Source: an uncultured delta proteobacterium (GTDB taxonomy: Bacteria > Desulfobacterota > Desulfobacteria > Desulfobacterales > SG8-13). Taken from it: a DNA stretch of 57,706 bases. The notes under the pieces are model-generated. The model saw only the letters and a program-made list of their open reading frames with translations. It had not been told where the DNA came from and did not search any database. Shown piece by piece: positions 9,523-20,541 of this stretch (its first letter is position 1; each line of letters starts with the position of its first letter). The stretch spans positions 248,001 through 305,706 of the forward strand of contig CAWKCK010000004.1 of NCBI GenBank assembly GCA_963848135.1. Direction: 5' to 3'. Position numbers and translations under genes: made by a program.

Positions 9523-10749
9523 ATGATTGATACACTGAAAGAAAAGAGCATTATTCTGGGGGTAAGCGGCGGGATTGCGGCCTACAAGAGCGTTGAACTG
9601 TTGCGGTTGCTGACCAAGCAAGGCGCTCTGGTCAGGGTTGTCATGACCCGTAATGCCGGCCATTTTGTCGGATGGATGACGTTTCAGGCTCTGTCCGGAT
9701 ATCCGGTTTGTAACGATCTTTTCGACAAAGGTGACGAGGGGTCTTTCAAGCATATCGATTGGGCCACCGAAGCCGATGCTGTGGTGATTGCACCGGCCAC
9801 GGCCAATACGATCGGAAAATTGGCGCACGGTATCGCCGACGATGCACTGAGCACGATGATGACGGTGGTCAGCGCCCCTGTGCTCCTGTGCCCTTCCATG
9901 AACACCAACATGTACCAGAACAAGGCTGTTCAGCGGAATCTGGAGATTCTGCGTAAGGACGGCATGGGTATCCTGGCGCCGGGTTCAGGGGAGCTGGCTT
10001 GTGGAACTGTGGGCCCCGGCCGATTGCCGGAACCGGAGGTGATTCTCGATCGTCTCATCAGCTTTTTGACCCCAAAGGATTTGGCTCGCAAAAAAGTGTT
10101 GGTGACGGCCGGGGCGACGCAAGAACCGATTGACCCCGTGCGATTCATCAGCAATCCATCCAGTGGCAAAATGGGATATGCCGTGGCCTGCGCGGCTGAA
10201 CACCGCGGTGCAGATGTTACACTGGTATCCGGACCGACGCACCTGGCGCCACCCGTCAATGTCGATACGATCAGAATTGGGACGGCTGAGGAAATGGCCG
10301 TTGCGGTGCTCGAGAACGCCAATCTATATGACGTCATCATAAAAACCGCGGCAGTTTCGGATTACCGGCCCCAGACGGCTGCCGAAAATAAGATCAAAAA
10401 GGATCAGAACACGCTGACTCTTCAGTTGGGCAAGACCGTTGACATTCTCAAAGAGTTGGGGCGGCGAAAAACGGATCAGATTTTGGTGGGGTTTGCCGCC
10501 GAAACCGAGAATCTTGACAAATATGCTGCCAAAAAACTGGCTGAAAAGAATCTGGATATCATTGCCGGTAACCTTATCGGTCATCCTGATTCAGGGTTCC
10601 AGTGCGATACCAACAAGGTGACGTTATATTACGAGGATGGGGCCCGGGAGGACCTTGCGGTCATGGAAAAAGAAACCATCGCCCACATTCTCCTCGACCG
10701 GGTGGTCGACCGGTTGAGAACCCGGGGGAACAAATCGGCGCAATCATGA
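9523..10749 (+). CDS. coaBC: Phosphopantothenoylcysteine decarboxylase/ligase
   Basis: GGIAAYK, PATAN, PSMN, LACG..GPGR, DPVRFISN.SSGKMG and GFAAET motifs. Confidence 0.96.
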   Translation: MIDTLKEKSIILGVSGGIAAYKSVELLRLLTKQGALVRVVMTRNAGHFVGWMTFQALSGYPVCNDLFDKGDEGSFKHIDWATEADAVVIAPATANTIGKLAHGIADDALSTMMTVVSAPVLLCPSMNTNMYQNKAVQRNLEILRKDGMGILAPGSGELACGTVGPGRLPEPEVILDRLISFLTPKDLARKKVLVTAGATQEPIDPVRFISNPSSGKMGYAVACAAEHRGADVTLVSGPTHLAPPVNVDTIRIGTAEEMAVAVLENANLYDVIIKTAAVSDYRPQTAAENKIKKDQNTLTLQLGKTVDILKELGRRKTDQILVGFAAETENLDKYAAKKLAEKNLDIIAGNLIGHPDSGFQCDTNKVTLYYEDGAREDLAVMEKETIAHILLDRVVDRLRTRGNKSAQS

Positions 10750-11477
10750 ATAAACGGCAGGCGGTGCTCTCCGCCATAGACGACATTGAATGCTCGCTTC
10801 GCCGACTGGGCCGTATGGGATGGCAGGGGTTCGACTGCTCCCAACCGTGTCTTGACACGCTGGAAAGCTGGGGGACAGTGCTGCTGGCCAAGGGGGCGAA
10901 AGACAATGAAACCCTCGAAGATATCCGCCACGATTTAGGAGGCTGCCTCCGCTGCAAACTATCCTCGGGCCGCAAGAACATCGTATTCGGTTCGGGAAGT
11001 TCCCAGGCGCGTCTGGTTTTTGTGGGAGAGGGACCCGGCTACGATGAAGACCTGCAGGGAGAACCCTTCGTAGGAGCCGCCGGGCAACTGCTGACAAAAA
11101 TCATTCAGGCGATGGGACTTACCCGGGAGACCGTTTATATTTGCAACATTATCAAGTGCCGGCCCCCTGGGAACCGCAATCCGGAACCGGACGAAATTTC
11201 TGCCTGCGCACCGTTTCTGAAACGCCAACTGCAGACCCTCTCGCCTGACTACATCTGTGCTCTGGGGACCTTTGCCGCGCGAACGCTGCTCGAAACGACC
11301 GTGCCGATATCCCGGCTTCGGGGGCGCTTTTTTGATTACATGGGATCCCGCTTGATCCCCACCTATCACCCGGCGTATCTTCTGCGCAACCCGGAGAAGA
11401 AACGCGACGTCTGGCAGGACATGCAGATCCTTATGCGGGCCATGGAATTGCCGCTTCCCACTGGGCAAAGAGGTTAG
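10746..11477 (+). CDS. Uracil-DNA glycosylase family 4
   Basis: CxxC Fe-S ligands, GEGPG, PFVG.AG, KCRPP.NR.P and TYHPAY. Start placed at the ATGA overlap with the coaBC stop. Confidence 0.92.
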   Translation: MNKRQAVLSAIDDIECSLRRLGRMGWQGFDCSQPCLDTLESWGTVLLAKGAKDNETLEDIRHDLGGCLRCKLSSGRKNIVFGSGSSQARLVFVGEGPGYDEDLQGEPFVGAAGQLLTKIIQAMGLTRETVYICNIIKCRPPGNRNPEPDEISACAPFLKRQLQTLSPDYICALGTFAARTLLETTVPISRLRGRFFDYMGSRLIPTYHPAYLLRNPEKKRDVWQDMQILMRAMELPLPTGQRG

Positions 11478-11553
11478 CCCGCATATATCATGAATATTTT
11501 TCATTATAGAAAAAATTCATACCATTCCCAACCATATCCTATTTGAGGCGGCC

Positions 11554-12861
11554 ATGCTTTCGCGATATCGAATCCGTTCAATCGTTGCTTTGATTGGCTT
11601 TCTGATCATCATGCTGGACCCTGTCACCGGGATCGCTGCAGATGAATCCGCGGATAAGGATATTTATGTCATGACGATCAGCGATGCGATCGGTCCCGGT
11701 GTCGCTGAGTATATAACCAGCAGTATTACGCGAGCCAATGACCGCGGAGCCGGCGTCCTGGTCATCCAACTGGACACGCCCGGCGGTCTGGCTGAATCAA
11801 TGCGCAGTATCGTCAAAGCCATCCTGGCCAGCAAAGTGCCGGTCGTTGTTTACGTATCCCCCGGCGGGGCCCGGGCCGCCTCAGCCGGGGTCATGATAAC
11901 CATGGCGGCCGATATCGCCGCTATGGCACCGGGGACCAACATCGGCGCCGCACATCCGGTGGGAACCGGTGGTCAGGAAATCAACAAAACCATGTCGGAA
12001 AAGGTCGTTAACGACATGGTGGCCCAGGCCAGAAGTGTTGCCGAACAGCGGGGTCGAAATGCCGACTGGGTTGAAAAGGCGATCAGGGAGAGTGTCTCCG
12101 CCACGGAAACCGAGGCCCTCAAAGAGAACATTATTGATCTCATCGCAAAGGACCTCGAGGATCTGATCCGGCAACTCGACGGCCGCAAGGTCAAGGAGAA
12201 GGGGCAATTGAAGCTGGCGGGTGCAGCGCGGGTGGTTATCAAGGAAAATCTGCGGACAAAAATTCTCAAGACCATCAGCGATCCCAATATTGCTTATATC
12301 CTCCTGATGATCGGCCTGGCGGGGCTTTATTTCGAGTTGTCTCACCCCGGGGCCATTTTTCCCGGGGTTATCGGGGGCATCAGCATTATCCTGGCTTTTT
12401 TTGCCCTTCAGGCGCTGCCAATAAACTATGCCGGTATCCTGCTTATACTGCTGGCGATCGTCTTTTTTATCCTGGAGATGAAGATCGCCAGTTATGGTTT
12501 GTTAAGTATCGCCGGGATCGTTTCACTGGTTCTGGGATCGCTGATGCTGTTCGATTCGAGCGGTCCGGGAATGACACTATCCTGGACGGTCATCGGCCCG
12601 ACGATCGCCATGATCTCAGGATTTTTCGTGGTGGTTGCCGGATTGGTCTTTCGCTCCCAGGTTTCGAAGCCCCGAACCGGTGCCGGCGGCCTGGTCAGTG
12701 AAATCGGTGTCGTCAAACAGGCACTGACACCGGAAGGAAAGGTTTTCGTACACGGGGAATTATGGAATGCGATCGCTAATGAAACCATCGCGCAAGGGGC
12801 CAAGGTCAGGGTGATCAGGGTCAAGAACCTTGTCATTGAAGTCGAGCCGGTGGATGCTTAA
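11554..12861 (+). CDS. NfeD family membrane-bound serine protease (long form)
   Basis: LDTPGG, AASAG, MAPGTNIGAAHPV, transmembrane region, and OB-fold GELW tail. Confidence 0.92.
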   Translation: MLSRYRIRSIVALIGFLIIMLDPVTGIAADESADKDIYVMTISDAIGPGVAEYITSSITRANDRGAGVLVIQLDTPGGLAESMRSIVKAILASKVPVVVYVSPGGARAASAGVMITMAADIAAMAPGTNIGAAHPVGTGGQEINKTMSEKVVNDMVAQARSVAEQRGRNADWVEKAIRESVSATETEALKENIIDLIAKDLEDLIRQLDGRKVKEKGQLKLAGAARVVIKENLRTKILKTISDPNIAYILLMIGLAGLYFELSHPGAIFPGVIGGISIILAFFALQALPINYAGILLILLAIVFFILEMKIASYGLLSIAGIVSLVLGSLMLFDSSGPGMTLSWTVIGPTIAMISGFFVVVAGLVFRSQVSKPRTGAGGLVSEIGVVKQALTPEGKVFVHGELWNAIANETIAQGAKVRVIRVKNLVIEVEPVDA

Positions 12862-12903
12862 GAATGATCCGTTCCCGGTGCGATTGAATCTTCACTCCTT
12901 TAG

Positions 12904-12929
12904 CCCGGATGTTTCATGAAATATTCGAG
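12904..12929. mobile_element. 26-bp TIR-only member of MITE family A
   Basis: CCCGGATGTTTCA+TGAAATATTCGAG flanked by TTAG on both sides (reverse complement of CTAA). Confidence 0.7.
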
Positions 12930-13011
12930 TTAGTGGGCGGGGCGGCATCAGTTGGCCCCTTTGAAAGGACCAAAAGCAATATTCGATCAGGATGTCTAAA
13001 AGGAGGACGTC

Positions 13012-13857
13012 ATGTTATATCCAACAATCGCCATCATCGTCCTTGTGGTTTTTTTCCTATCGGCCGCATTGCGCATTTTGAACGAGTACGAGCGCGGGGT
13101 CGTTTTTCGTCTCGGCCGAGTGCTTGGCGCCAAGGGGCCGGGTCTGATCATCCTTATTCCGGTCATCGACAAGATGACCAAAGTCAGTTTGCGGCTGGTG
13201 GCAATGGATGTCGATCCCCAGGATGTCATTACGCGAGACAACGTCTCCGTGAAAGTCAACGCCGTCATCTATTTCAGGGTGATCGATACGGTCAAGGCCA
13301 TCGTGGAAGTTGAAAATTACAGTTACGCGATGTCGCAGCTGGCCCAGACCACCATCCGGAGTGTCTGCGGTCAGGCGGAATTGGACGACCTGCTGGCCGA
13401 GAGGGATAAAATCAACTCCGAGCTGCAGGAAATTCTCGACACCCACACAGACCCGTGGGGGATCAAAGTCGCCACGGTCGAGTTGAAGCATATCGATCTG
13501 CCCCAGGAAATGCAAAGAGCCATGGCCCGTCAGGCCGAGGCCGAACGCGAACGACGGGCCAAGATCATCAATGCCGAGGGAGAATTTCAGGCCGCAACCC
13601 AGTTGGCCGATGCGTCGCTGATCATCGAACAGCATCCCACGGCGCTTCAGCTCCGGTACCTGCAAACCGTCAACGAGATGTCGGCTGAAAACAATACGAC
13701 GACCATTTTTCCGATTCCCATCGAAATGTTTAAACCTTTTATCAAAAGCTTTGAGACCCCATCCAGCGTAAACCAAGACCCCCGGAGAAACCGGGGCCAG
13801 CGGTGGAGAAGGCTTCGGAGCCACCCACAGAATCTCAGGATTAGCCTGGTCATTTGA
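13012..13857 (+). CDS. SPFH/band-7 stomatin-like (slipin) protein
   Basis: [32 protein letters not shown] and LQLRYLQT motifs; classic NfeD partner. C-terminal tail possibly frameshifted. Confidence 0.93.
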   Translation: MLYPTIAIIVLVVFFLSAALRILNEYERGVVFRLGRVLGAKGPGLIILIPVIDKMTKVSLRLVAMDVDPQDVITRDNVSVKVNAVIYFRVIDTVKAIVEVENYSYAMSQLAQTTIRSVCGQAELDDLLAERDKINSELQEILDTHTDPWGIKVATVELKHIDLPQEMQRAMARQAEAERERRAKIINAEGEFQAATQLADASLIIEQHPTALQLRYLQTVNEMSAENNTTTIFPIPIEMFKPFIKSFETPSSVNQDPRRNRGQRWRRLRSHPQNLRISLVI

Positions 13858-14182
13858 ACCGTTAGTATAGCGGAACGACATTTTCCTTGTACCTGCGGCA
13901 AACTTCAAAATCGCTCAATTTGGGTATGAAATAGGCCCGAAATATGCGGGTAAATGGGATTCATTATTGACAGGCTCAAATCGAATAGTTTATCTTACCC
14001 AATTTAACCACAGGGGCGCACGGGCGTAAAATAGCGTGTGTAAAACAGTATCCGGGGGCAGGGGCCCCCTGGCACTGACTGGGGAGGGTCCCAACACCGT
14101 GACGTGTCCGCCTTTGGCGGATTGGGGTTAAGGCTAATTTTTTGCCCTTCTCGTCGCGTCAACGAAAGGAGAATTGACAGTA

Positions 14183-14515
14183 ATGGCAAGTAAAAAAAAG
14201 GCGGTAAAAGAAAAACCTCTCGATAAAATGACGGCCAAAGAACTCCGGGAGGTTGCCGCAGATATCCCCGAAATCATCGGCGTGCACGGAATGAACAAGG
14301 AAGAATTGCTATCCGGCATTAAGGAAGCGCGGGGCATTGCCGTCGACAAATCCAGTAAGAAAAAGAAAAGCGGTGAACTGCGAGAGCTAAAAAAGAAGAT
14401 CAAAGCCCTCAAGGTCAAACGCCAGGCGGCATTGGAAACCAGCGATAGAAAAATGGCTACGATTTACCGGCGTCGTATTTCCAGACTGAAGAAAAGAACC
14501 CACAGAGCGGCCTGA
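14183..14515 (+). CDS. Basic protein with Rho-termination-factor N-terminal-like domain
   Basis: LDKMTAKELRE...GMNKEELL matches the Rho_N helix-extension-helix pattern; Lys/Arg-rich tail; AGGAG RBS. Confidence 0.75.
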   Translation: MASKKKAVKEKPLDKMTAKELREVAADIPEIIGVHGMNKEELLSGIKEARGIAVDKSSKKKKSGELRELKKKIKALKVKRQAALETSDRKMATIYRRRISRLKKRTHRAA

Positions 14516-14590
14516 TTGGGTGCTGACCGTCAGTGATACTTTAACGATTGTGTACCAAGATACCGACAATCAGCCGATCCCATCCGAACC

Positions 14591-15160
14591 ATGATCGATC
14601 CATCAACGATTGCATTCGATATCGACGGCGTGGTTGCCGATACCATGACCCTATTTCTGGATATTGCCCGGCAGGATTACCGGGTTAACGGGGTTCGGTA
14701 CGAGGATATGACGTGTTATTCGTTGGAGGATTGTCTCGATATGGACCCGGTATTAATCGGGACCATCCTCGAACGGATCATGAATGGCGATTATACGACT
14801 CCCCTGCATGCGTTCGAAGGATCCGGGCAGGTATTGGCTCGGATTGCACCGTACCGAATACCGCTTCTGTTTGTTACCGCCAGGCCGCATCCAGGCCCTA
14901 TTTCAGCATGGATGGAGGCCTTGGTACCTGTAAGACCGGCGTCCCTTCAGGTGGTGGCCACAGGTTCCTTCGAAACCAAGGCAGAGGTTCTTCTGAACAA
15001 AGGCATGCGCTTTTTCGTGGAAGACCGTCTGGAAACTTGTTATCAACTCAAGGCGGTCGGTATTGAACCCATACTCTATAAGCAACCCTGGAACCGCGAA
15101 AAACACCCTTTTATCGAAGTCGGTGGCTGGGGTGACCTTGATGCTTTGATCACGTTTTAA
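14591..15160 (+). CDS. HAD-superfamily hydrolase (5'-nucleotidase-like)
   Basis: FDIDGVVAD, VTAR, FVED and PWN motifs. Confidence 0.85.
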   Translation: MIDPSTIAFDIDGVVADTMTLFLDIARQDYRVNGVRYEDMTCYSLEDCLDMDPVLIGTILERIMNGDYTTPLHAFEGSGQVLARIAPYRIPLLFVTARPHPGPISAWMEALVPVRPASLQVVATGSFETKAEVLLNKGMRFFVEDRLETCYQLKAVGIEPILYKQPWNREKHPFIEVGGWGDLDALITF

Positions 15161-15188
15161 CGGTAGATGGCTGCTGCATAAGTTTTAG

Positions 15189-16169
15189 ATGTTTGAAACG
15201 TTCAATCGTTCACCAACCGAGCGCAGACCCATGGCACAGCTCCCTACCCATGAGGCAATCAAAACATTCATCGAGGTGTTGCTCGCCGAAAAAGGGTATT
15301 CGGCCAACACTGCCAGGGCCTACAGCCGAGATCTTAAGGCGTTTTACGGTTTTGTTGCCGCTGCCGGGGACGATGCCAACCGTCACCTAACAGCTGGGGG
15401 TGACTTGGCGCCGATCCGTGACGTTGACCCGCTGACGATCAGAAAGTACCTGGGGCATCTTCATAAACACAACAAGAAATCGACCATTGCAAGGAAGCTT
15501 TCGGCGTTGAGGTCTTTTTACCGCTATCTTCTCAAGCGGGGGATTGTGCAGGAAAACCCCACCGACATGATTCTCACGCCCAAGCAGGAACACCCGATCC
15601 CGCATTACCTTTCAGTGGACGACATGTTTCAGCTGCTTGATTCGATTCAAACCGGTGATATTTTCGGGCTTCGCAATCGGGCCATTTTTGAGACTTTCTA
15701 TTCCTGTGGATTGCGTGTATCCGAAGTGGCCGGGCTTGATGTGTTCGACGTGGATGCCAATGCCTGTCTGATTCGCGTGTTCGGCAAAGGGTCCAAAGAG
15801 CGGATCGTACCGATCGGCCAAAAAGCCCTGAATGCCATCAGCGCTTACCGGCAGCGGCTGGCGCTTGAAACCGGCATCGCTGCGGCAACGGACGGAGCGA
15901 TGTTCTTGAACAAATACAATCGAAGATTGAGTACGCGATCCATCGCCCGAATTCTCGATAAGATTGTCAGGGATTGCAGTCTCCTGGTGCCGGTGTCGCC
16001 CCACGTGCTTCGCCACACCTTCGCCACGCATATGCTCGATGCCGGCGCTGACCTGCGGGCTGTTCAGGAGCTGCTGGGCCACAAGAGCTTGTCGACCACC
16101 CAGAAGTATACCCATGTCAGTATCGACCGGCTGATGGAAACTTACGACAAGGCGCATCCTCGCAAGTAG
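15189..16169 (+). CDS. xerC: Tyrosine recombinase XerC
   Basis: RKLSALRSF, GLRVSE, GKGSKER, PHVLRHTFATH, LLGH and TQKYT motifs; upstream of hslVU. Start may be 15231. Confidence 0.88.
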   Translation: MFETFNRSPTERRPMAQLPTHEAIKTFIEVLLAEKGYSANTARAYSRDLKAFYGFVAAAGDDANRHLTAGGDLAPIRDVDPLTIRKYLGHLHKHNKKSTIARKLSALRSFYRYLLKRGIVQENPTDMILTPKQEHPIPHYLSVDDMFQLLDSIQTGDIFGLRNRAIFETFYSCGLRVSEVAGLDVFDVDANACLIRVFGKGSKERIVPIGQKALNAISAYRQRLALETGIAAATDGAMFLNKYNRRLSTRSIARILDKIVRDCSLLVPVSPHVLRHTFATHMLDAGADLRAVQELLGHKSLSTTQKYTHVSIDRLMETYDKAHPRK

Positions 16170-16248
16170 TAAAGCGCACCGTATTACGGACAACCGTGAA
16201 AGAAATTAGCGATTGACGGGCAATCGGCAGATTGCCGGAGATAGGGTA

Positions 16249-16779
16249 ATGAAAATACGCGGAACGACGATTATAGGGATTAGACATAAAGGGCGGACAG
16301 TTGTTGCCGGAGACGGGCAGGTGACGCTGCAAAGTTCGATTATCAAACACCATGCCCGCAAGGTCCGCCGTATTTACAACGACAAGATTATCGTCGGGTT
16401 TGCCGGATCCACGGCCGATGCCATGAATTTGTCGGAACAGCTGGAGGGTAAGCTGGAGCGCTATAACGGCAACCTGATGCGATCAGCGGTGGAACTCGCC
16501 CGCGAATGGCGCACCGATAAATATCTCCGGCGTCTCGAGGCTCTAATGATCGCCGTAGACGAGAGCCGGATGTTTCTCCTTTCAGGCAGCGGTGATGTGA
16601 TCGAACCGGATGAGGGCATCATCGGAATCGGCTCCGGCGGGCTCATTGCCCAGTCTGCCGCCACGGCCCTGATGGCCCACACCGATCTGGACGCCCGGAC
16701 CGTCGCCGAAGAAGCGATGAAGATCGCCGCCTCGATCTGTATCTATACGAACCGGCAGATGACCCTCGAGGAGCTCTGA
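16249..16779 (+). CDS. hslV: ATP-dependent protease peptidase subunit
   Basis: GTTI (catalytic Thr), [26 protein letters not shown] and CIYTN motifs. Confidence 0.96.
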   Translation: MKIRGTTIIGIRHKGRTVVAGDGQVTLQSSIIKHHARKVRRIYNDKIIVGFAGSTADAMNLSEQLEGKLERYNGNLMRSAVELAREWRTDKYLRRLEALMIAVDESRMFLLSGSGDVIEPDEGIIGIGSGGLIAQSAATALMAHTDLDARTVAEEAMKIAASICIYTNRQMTLEEL

Positions 16780-16780
16780 G

Positions 16781-18151
16781 ATGCAACTCAAACCTACGGA
16801 AATTGTCGCGGAACTCGACAAGTATATTATCGGTCAGGGTAAGGCCAAACGTTCGATGGCCATCGCGCTGCGCAACAGATGGCGCCGTCAGCAAGTCCCG
16901 GAAGATCTCCGGGATGAGATCATACCCAAAAACATCATCCTGATTGGGCCGACCGGGGTTGGCAAAACTGAAATTTCCAGGCGGCTTTCCCGCTTTAGCG
17001 ATTCGCCGTTCATAAAGGTGGAAGCCTCAAAGTTCACCGAGGTCGGCTACGTGGGGCGCGATGTCGAATCGATGGTCAGAGACCTTTTGGAAGTGACCGT
17101 CACTACAGGTAAGGCCGAGGAGGGCAAGCTCGTCCAGGAGAAAGCCCGGCGGAATGCAGAGGAACGGATGCTCGATCTCTTGCTGCCCCGCGGTGGCCAA
17201 CCGGAGGGCGGCATCAGGGCCGTCCCGCCCGATCAAAAGGCAGGGGATCCGGTGGTTGTAGCCGAAACTGCTTTGCGGACCCGTGAGAAACTGCGTAAAA
17301 TGCTTCGTGACGGGCGCTTGAACGATCGTTACGTCGATCTGGATGTCACCGATCGCTCCATGCCGATGGTTGAGGTCTTCTCCAACATCGGCATGGAGGA
17401 GCTGGGTATCAACTTCAGGGATATGCTCGGCGGGCTGCTGCCCAAGGGGACCAAACGGCGCAAGGCCAAAGTGGCGGAAGCCATGAAAATTCTGACCCAG
17501 GAGGAAGCGCAGAGCCTGGTCGACATGGAAAAGGTCGTCCGCAACGCAATTGAAAAGGTCGAGCAGTCCGGCATAATTTTTCTGGATGAGATCGATAAAA
17601 TCGCCGGGCGTAATAGTTCGCACGGGCCGGATGTCTCCCGGGAGGGGGTCCAGCGCGATTTGCTGCCCATTGTCGAAGGCAGTACCGTAACGACCAAATA
17701 TGGCCCGGTGAAAACGGACCACATTCTTTTTATTGCTTCCGGCGCTTTTCACACCGCCAAGCCATCGGATCTGATCCCCGAATTACAGGGCCGTTTCCCG
17801 ATCCGGGTCGAACTCGACTCCCTGGGGCAAAAGGAATTTTACCGGATATTGACCGAACCTAAAAATGCGCTTCTGCTTCAGTACATCGCATTGCTTAGAA
17901 CCGACGGGGTCGCCATCAGTTTCGACGATGAGGCCGTCAAGGAAATCGCTAAGATTGCCGAGGAAGTGAATAACAACACCGAGAACATCGGTGCCCGCCG
18001 TCTGCATACACTGATGGAATATTTGCTCGAAGATATATTGTTTGAAGCACCCGATATTGAGCAGAAAGAGCTTGAGATCGACAGGGATTTTGTGGTGACC
18101 AAGCTGACCGCGGTCAAAGACGACGAAGATCTCAGCCGGTACATACTGTAA
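16781..18151 (+). CDS. hslU: ATP-dependent protease ATPase subunit
   Basis: [31 protein letters not shown] and C-terminal DLSRYIL. Confidence 0.97.
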   Translation: MQLKPTEIVAELDKYIIGQGKAKRSMAIALRNRWRRQQVPEDLRDEIIPKNIILIGPTGVGKTEISRRLSRFSDSPFIKVEASKFTEVGYVGRDVESMVRDLLEVTVTTGKAEEGKLVQEKARRNAEERMLDLLLPRGGQPEGGIRAVPPDQKAGDPVVVAETALRTREKLRKMLRDGRLNDRYVDLDVTDRSMPMVEVFSNIGMEELGINFRDMLGGLLPKGTKRRKAKVAEAMKILTQEEAQSLVDMEKVVRNAIEKVEQSGIIFLDEIDKIAGRNSSHGPDVSREGVQRDLLPIVEGSTVTTKYGPVKTDHILFIASGAFHTAKPSDLIPELQGRFPIRVELDSLGQKEFYRILTEPKNALLLQYIALLRTDGVAISFDDEAVKEIAKIAEEVNNNTENIGARRLHTLMEYLLEDILFEAPDIEQKELEIDRDFVVTKLTAVKDDEDLSRYIL

Positions 18152-18210
18152 TCTATATGATCCTAAACAAATTAGGATCGGTTTTCATATATTTGATTGC
18201 CCAAACACAA

Positions 18211-18363
18211 AACTCGCAACCCGTAACTCGCAACCCGTAACTCGCAACCCGTAACTCGCAACCCGTAACTCGCAACCCGTAACTCGCAACCCGTAACTCG
18301 CAACCCGTAACTCGCAACCCGTAACTCGTAACCCGTAACTCGCAACCCGTAACCCGCAACCCG
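18211..18363. repeat. Tandem repeat, 11 copies of AACTCGCAACCCGT
   Basis: Read directly; copies 9 and 11 are variants; no spacers. Confidence 0.97.
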
Positions 18364-18373
18364 GTTTACCAAA

Positions 18374-19249
18374 ATGAACGAAAACGTTGCCAGTATTCTT
18401 ATCGAAGCCCTGCCGTATATCCGGCGATTCTCCGGAATGACCGTCGTCATCAAGTACGGCGGCCATGCCATGGTGGATGAACAGCTCAAGGAGGATTTCG
18501 CCCGGGATGTTACATTGCTGAAGTTCATCGGGCTCAATCCGGTGGTGGTCCATGGTGGTGGCCCCCAGATCAACTCCGTGCTTCAGCAAATGGGGATTCA
18601 GTCGACATTCTTCAAGGGCATGCGGCTGACGGACACCCCGACCATGGATGTCGTGGAGATGGTCCTCGGCGGCAAGGTCAACAAGGCCATCGTGGCGCAG
18701 ATCAATCACCAGGGCGGGAAAGCCGTCGGGCTGTCCGGCAAGGATGGTGGTCTGATCCAGGCCAAAAAGATGCACATCGTCTTCCAAAACGGCGACAACA
18801 AACCCCCGGAGATCATCGATCCCGGGCATGTCGGCGAGGTGACCCGGATCAACCCGGATGTGATAAACACTTTGACACAACGGGGATTCATTCCGATCAT
18901 TGCGCCTGTCGGGGTGGGGGAGAGTGGAGAGACGTACAACATCAACGCCGACCTGGTGGCCTGCAGGATTGCTGTGGCCCTCTCGGCCGGCCGGCTCATT
19001 TATCTCACCGACGTCGACGGTGTCCTTGATGCGAACGGCCAGCTGATTTCCTCGATCGAAGCCGACACCATCCGTCGGCTCATCGAGGAAGAGATCATAT
19101 CCGGTGGAATGATTCCTAAGATTAATTATGCTCTTGAAGCATTGACGCAAGGCGTTGAAAAAGTGCCCATCATCAACGGCAAGAGGCGCCATGCGCTTTT
19201 ACTGGAACTGTTTACCGACAAGGGGATCGGGACGGAAGTGACGTTGTAG
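18374..19249 (+). CDS. argB: Acetylglutamate kinase
   Basis: [22 protein letters not shown] and GGMIPK motifs. Confidence 0.97.
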   Translation: MNENVASILIEALPYIRRFSGMTVVIKYGGHAMVDEQLKEDFARDVTLLKFIGLNPVVVHGGGPQINSVLQQMGIQSTFFKGMRLTDTPTMDVVEMVLGGKVNKAIVAQINHQGGKAVGLSGKDGGLIQAKKMHIVFQNGDNKPPEIIDPGHVGEVTRINPDVINTLTQRGFIPIIAPVGVGESGETYNINADLVACRIAVALSAGRLIYLTDVDGVLDANGQLISSIEADTIRRLIEEEIISGGMIPKINYALEALTQGVEKVPIINGKRRHALLLELFTDKGIGTEVTL

Positions 19250-19271
19250 GATTCGGGCCGGAGGTGAGGAT

Positions 19272-20468
19272 ATGTCCAGCGAGATAATCAAAAAAGCCGA
19301 TAATTTTATCGCCCAGACGTATAAACGCTTCCCGGTGGTTTTGACCAGAGGTCAAGGCTGTACGGTTTGGGATGAGTCCGGTACGCCGTACCTCGATTTT
19401 GTGGCTGGCATTGCCGTTTGCAATCTGGGGCATGCCCATCCGGATGTGACCCGTGCCGTTACCCGGCAGGCGGATACCCTTGTGCATGTCTCAAATCTTT
19501 ATTACACCGCTCCCCAGGCCGAAGTGGCCGAACTTTTGGTTGCCAACAGTTTCGCGGACAGGGTTTTCTTCTGTAACAGTGGAGCCGAGGCCAATGAAGC
19601 CGCCATCAAGCTGGCGCGCATATACTTCAAAGAAAAGTGCGATCCGGATCGATTCCGGGTGATAGCCATGGAGAAGTCTTTTCATGGGCGGACAATGGCG
19701 ACGCTGTCGGCGACCGGGCAGCATAAAATCCGCAAAGGCTTCGACCCTGTGCTGGAAGGGTTCGATTTCGTTCCCTTCAACGATATCGGTGCGCTCAAGA
19801 GCAAAATCGATGACACCACCGCAGCGGTACTACTCGAGCCGGTTCAGGGAGAAGGCGGCATCTGTTGCCCGACGCCCGGATTTCTGGCGAAAGTCAGAGA
19901 ACTGTGTGACCAGACCGGAACCCTGCTCGTTTTCGATGAAATACAAACCGGCATGGGACGAACGGGTAGGCTTTTCGCTTACGAAAACGAAGGGGTCGAA
20001 CCGGACATCATGACACTGGCCAAAGCGCTGGCCAACGGACTACCCATGGGGGCGATGCTGGCCCGGGAGCATGTGGCCGCAGCCTTTGGACCGGGATCCC
20101 ATGCCACCACTTTCGGCGGTACGCCGCTTGTGACGGCCGCGTCTCTTGCCGTTTTACGGTTAATGTTGGATGACGATATTGCGGGAAAATGTCGCCGCAC
20201 CGGCGCATACTTTCGTGAAAGGCTGTTGCAGCTCAAAGAGAACCATCCGCTCATCGAGGATGTGCGCGGCATCGGACTGCTGCTGGGGATAAAACTCGCC
20301 GAAGAGGGCGAACCGATCGTTTTGGAATGCCTGCAGAAAGGCTTTCTCGTCAATTGCGTTCAGGGCAATATTTTGCGGTTCGTTCCGCCGCTGATCGTCA
20401 CCCCGGCCGAGATCGACCGGTTGATCAGTTGCCTGGACGCGCTGCTCAGCCGTCATTCCGGTAAATAA
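19272..20468 (+). CDS. argD: Acetylornithine aminotransferase
   Basis: NSGAEANE, SFHGRT, EPVQGEGG, DEIQTG and TLAK motifs; arg operon context. Confidence 0.92.
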   Translation: MSSEIIKKADNFIAQTYKRFPVVLTRGQGCTVWDESGTPYLDFVAGIAVCNLGHAHPDVTRAVTRQADTLVHVSNLYYTAPQAEVAELLVANSFADRVFFCNSGAEANEAAIKLARIYFKEKCDPDRFRVIAMEKSFHGRTMATLSATGQHKIRKGFDPVLEGFDFVPFNDIGALKSKIDDTTAAVLLEPVQGEGGICCPTPGFLAKVRELCDQTGTLLVFDEIQTGMGRTGRLFAYENEGVEPDIMTLAKALANGLPMGAMLAREHVAAAFGPGSHATTFGGTPLVTAASLAVLRLMLDDDIAGKCRRTGAYFRERLLQLKENHPLIEDVRGIGLLLGIKLAEEGEPIVLECLQKGFLVNCVQGNILRFVPPLIVTPAEIDRLISCLDALLSRHSGK

Positions 20469-20541
20469 TTTGTGCCCACCTGTCAATAAGGTGAATAGAG
20501 GCCATTTATGAATGGACACTATTTGGTGAAGGAGACTTACG

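Noticed and set aside
10602..10745. Long N-terminal extensions of UDG (10602) and the ABC exporter (48594)
   Set aside because: They overlap upstream genes; the coupled ATGA/TAATG starts at 10746 and 48453 are more plausible.
13779..13857. Unusual Arg/Trp-rich tail on the SPFH protein
   Set aside because: An alternative frame gives a more natural [20 protein letters not shown] (stop 13842-13844), so this is likely a one-base indel in a C-run.
15189..16169. Mobile-element integrase
   Set aside because: Sequence and xerC-hslV-hslU context indicate the housekeeping Xer recombinase.
18211..18363. Possible CRISPR array
   Set aside because: Contiguous 14-bp units with no unique spacers and no cas genes. 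The ORFs across it (18153-18359, 18172-18573) are repeat artefacts.
18185..19192. Long antisense ORFs over housekeeping genes (e.g. 18185-19192, 13057-13908, 22063-22821, 17027-17752)
   Set aside because: Shadow ORFs from codon bias opposite well-supported genes.
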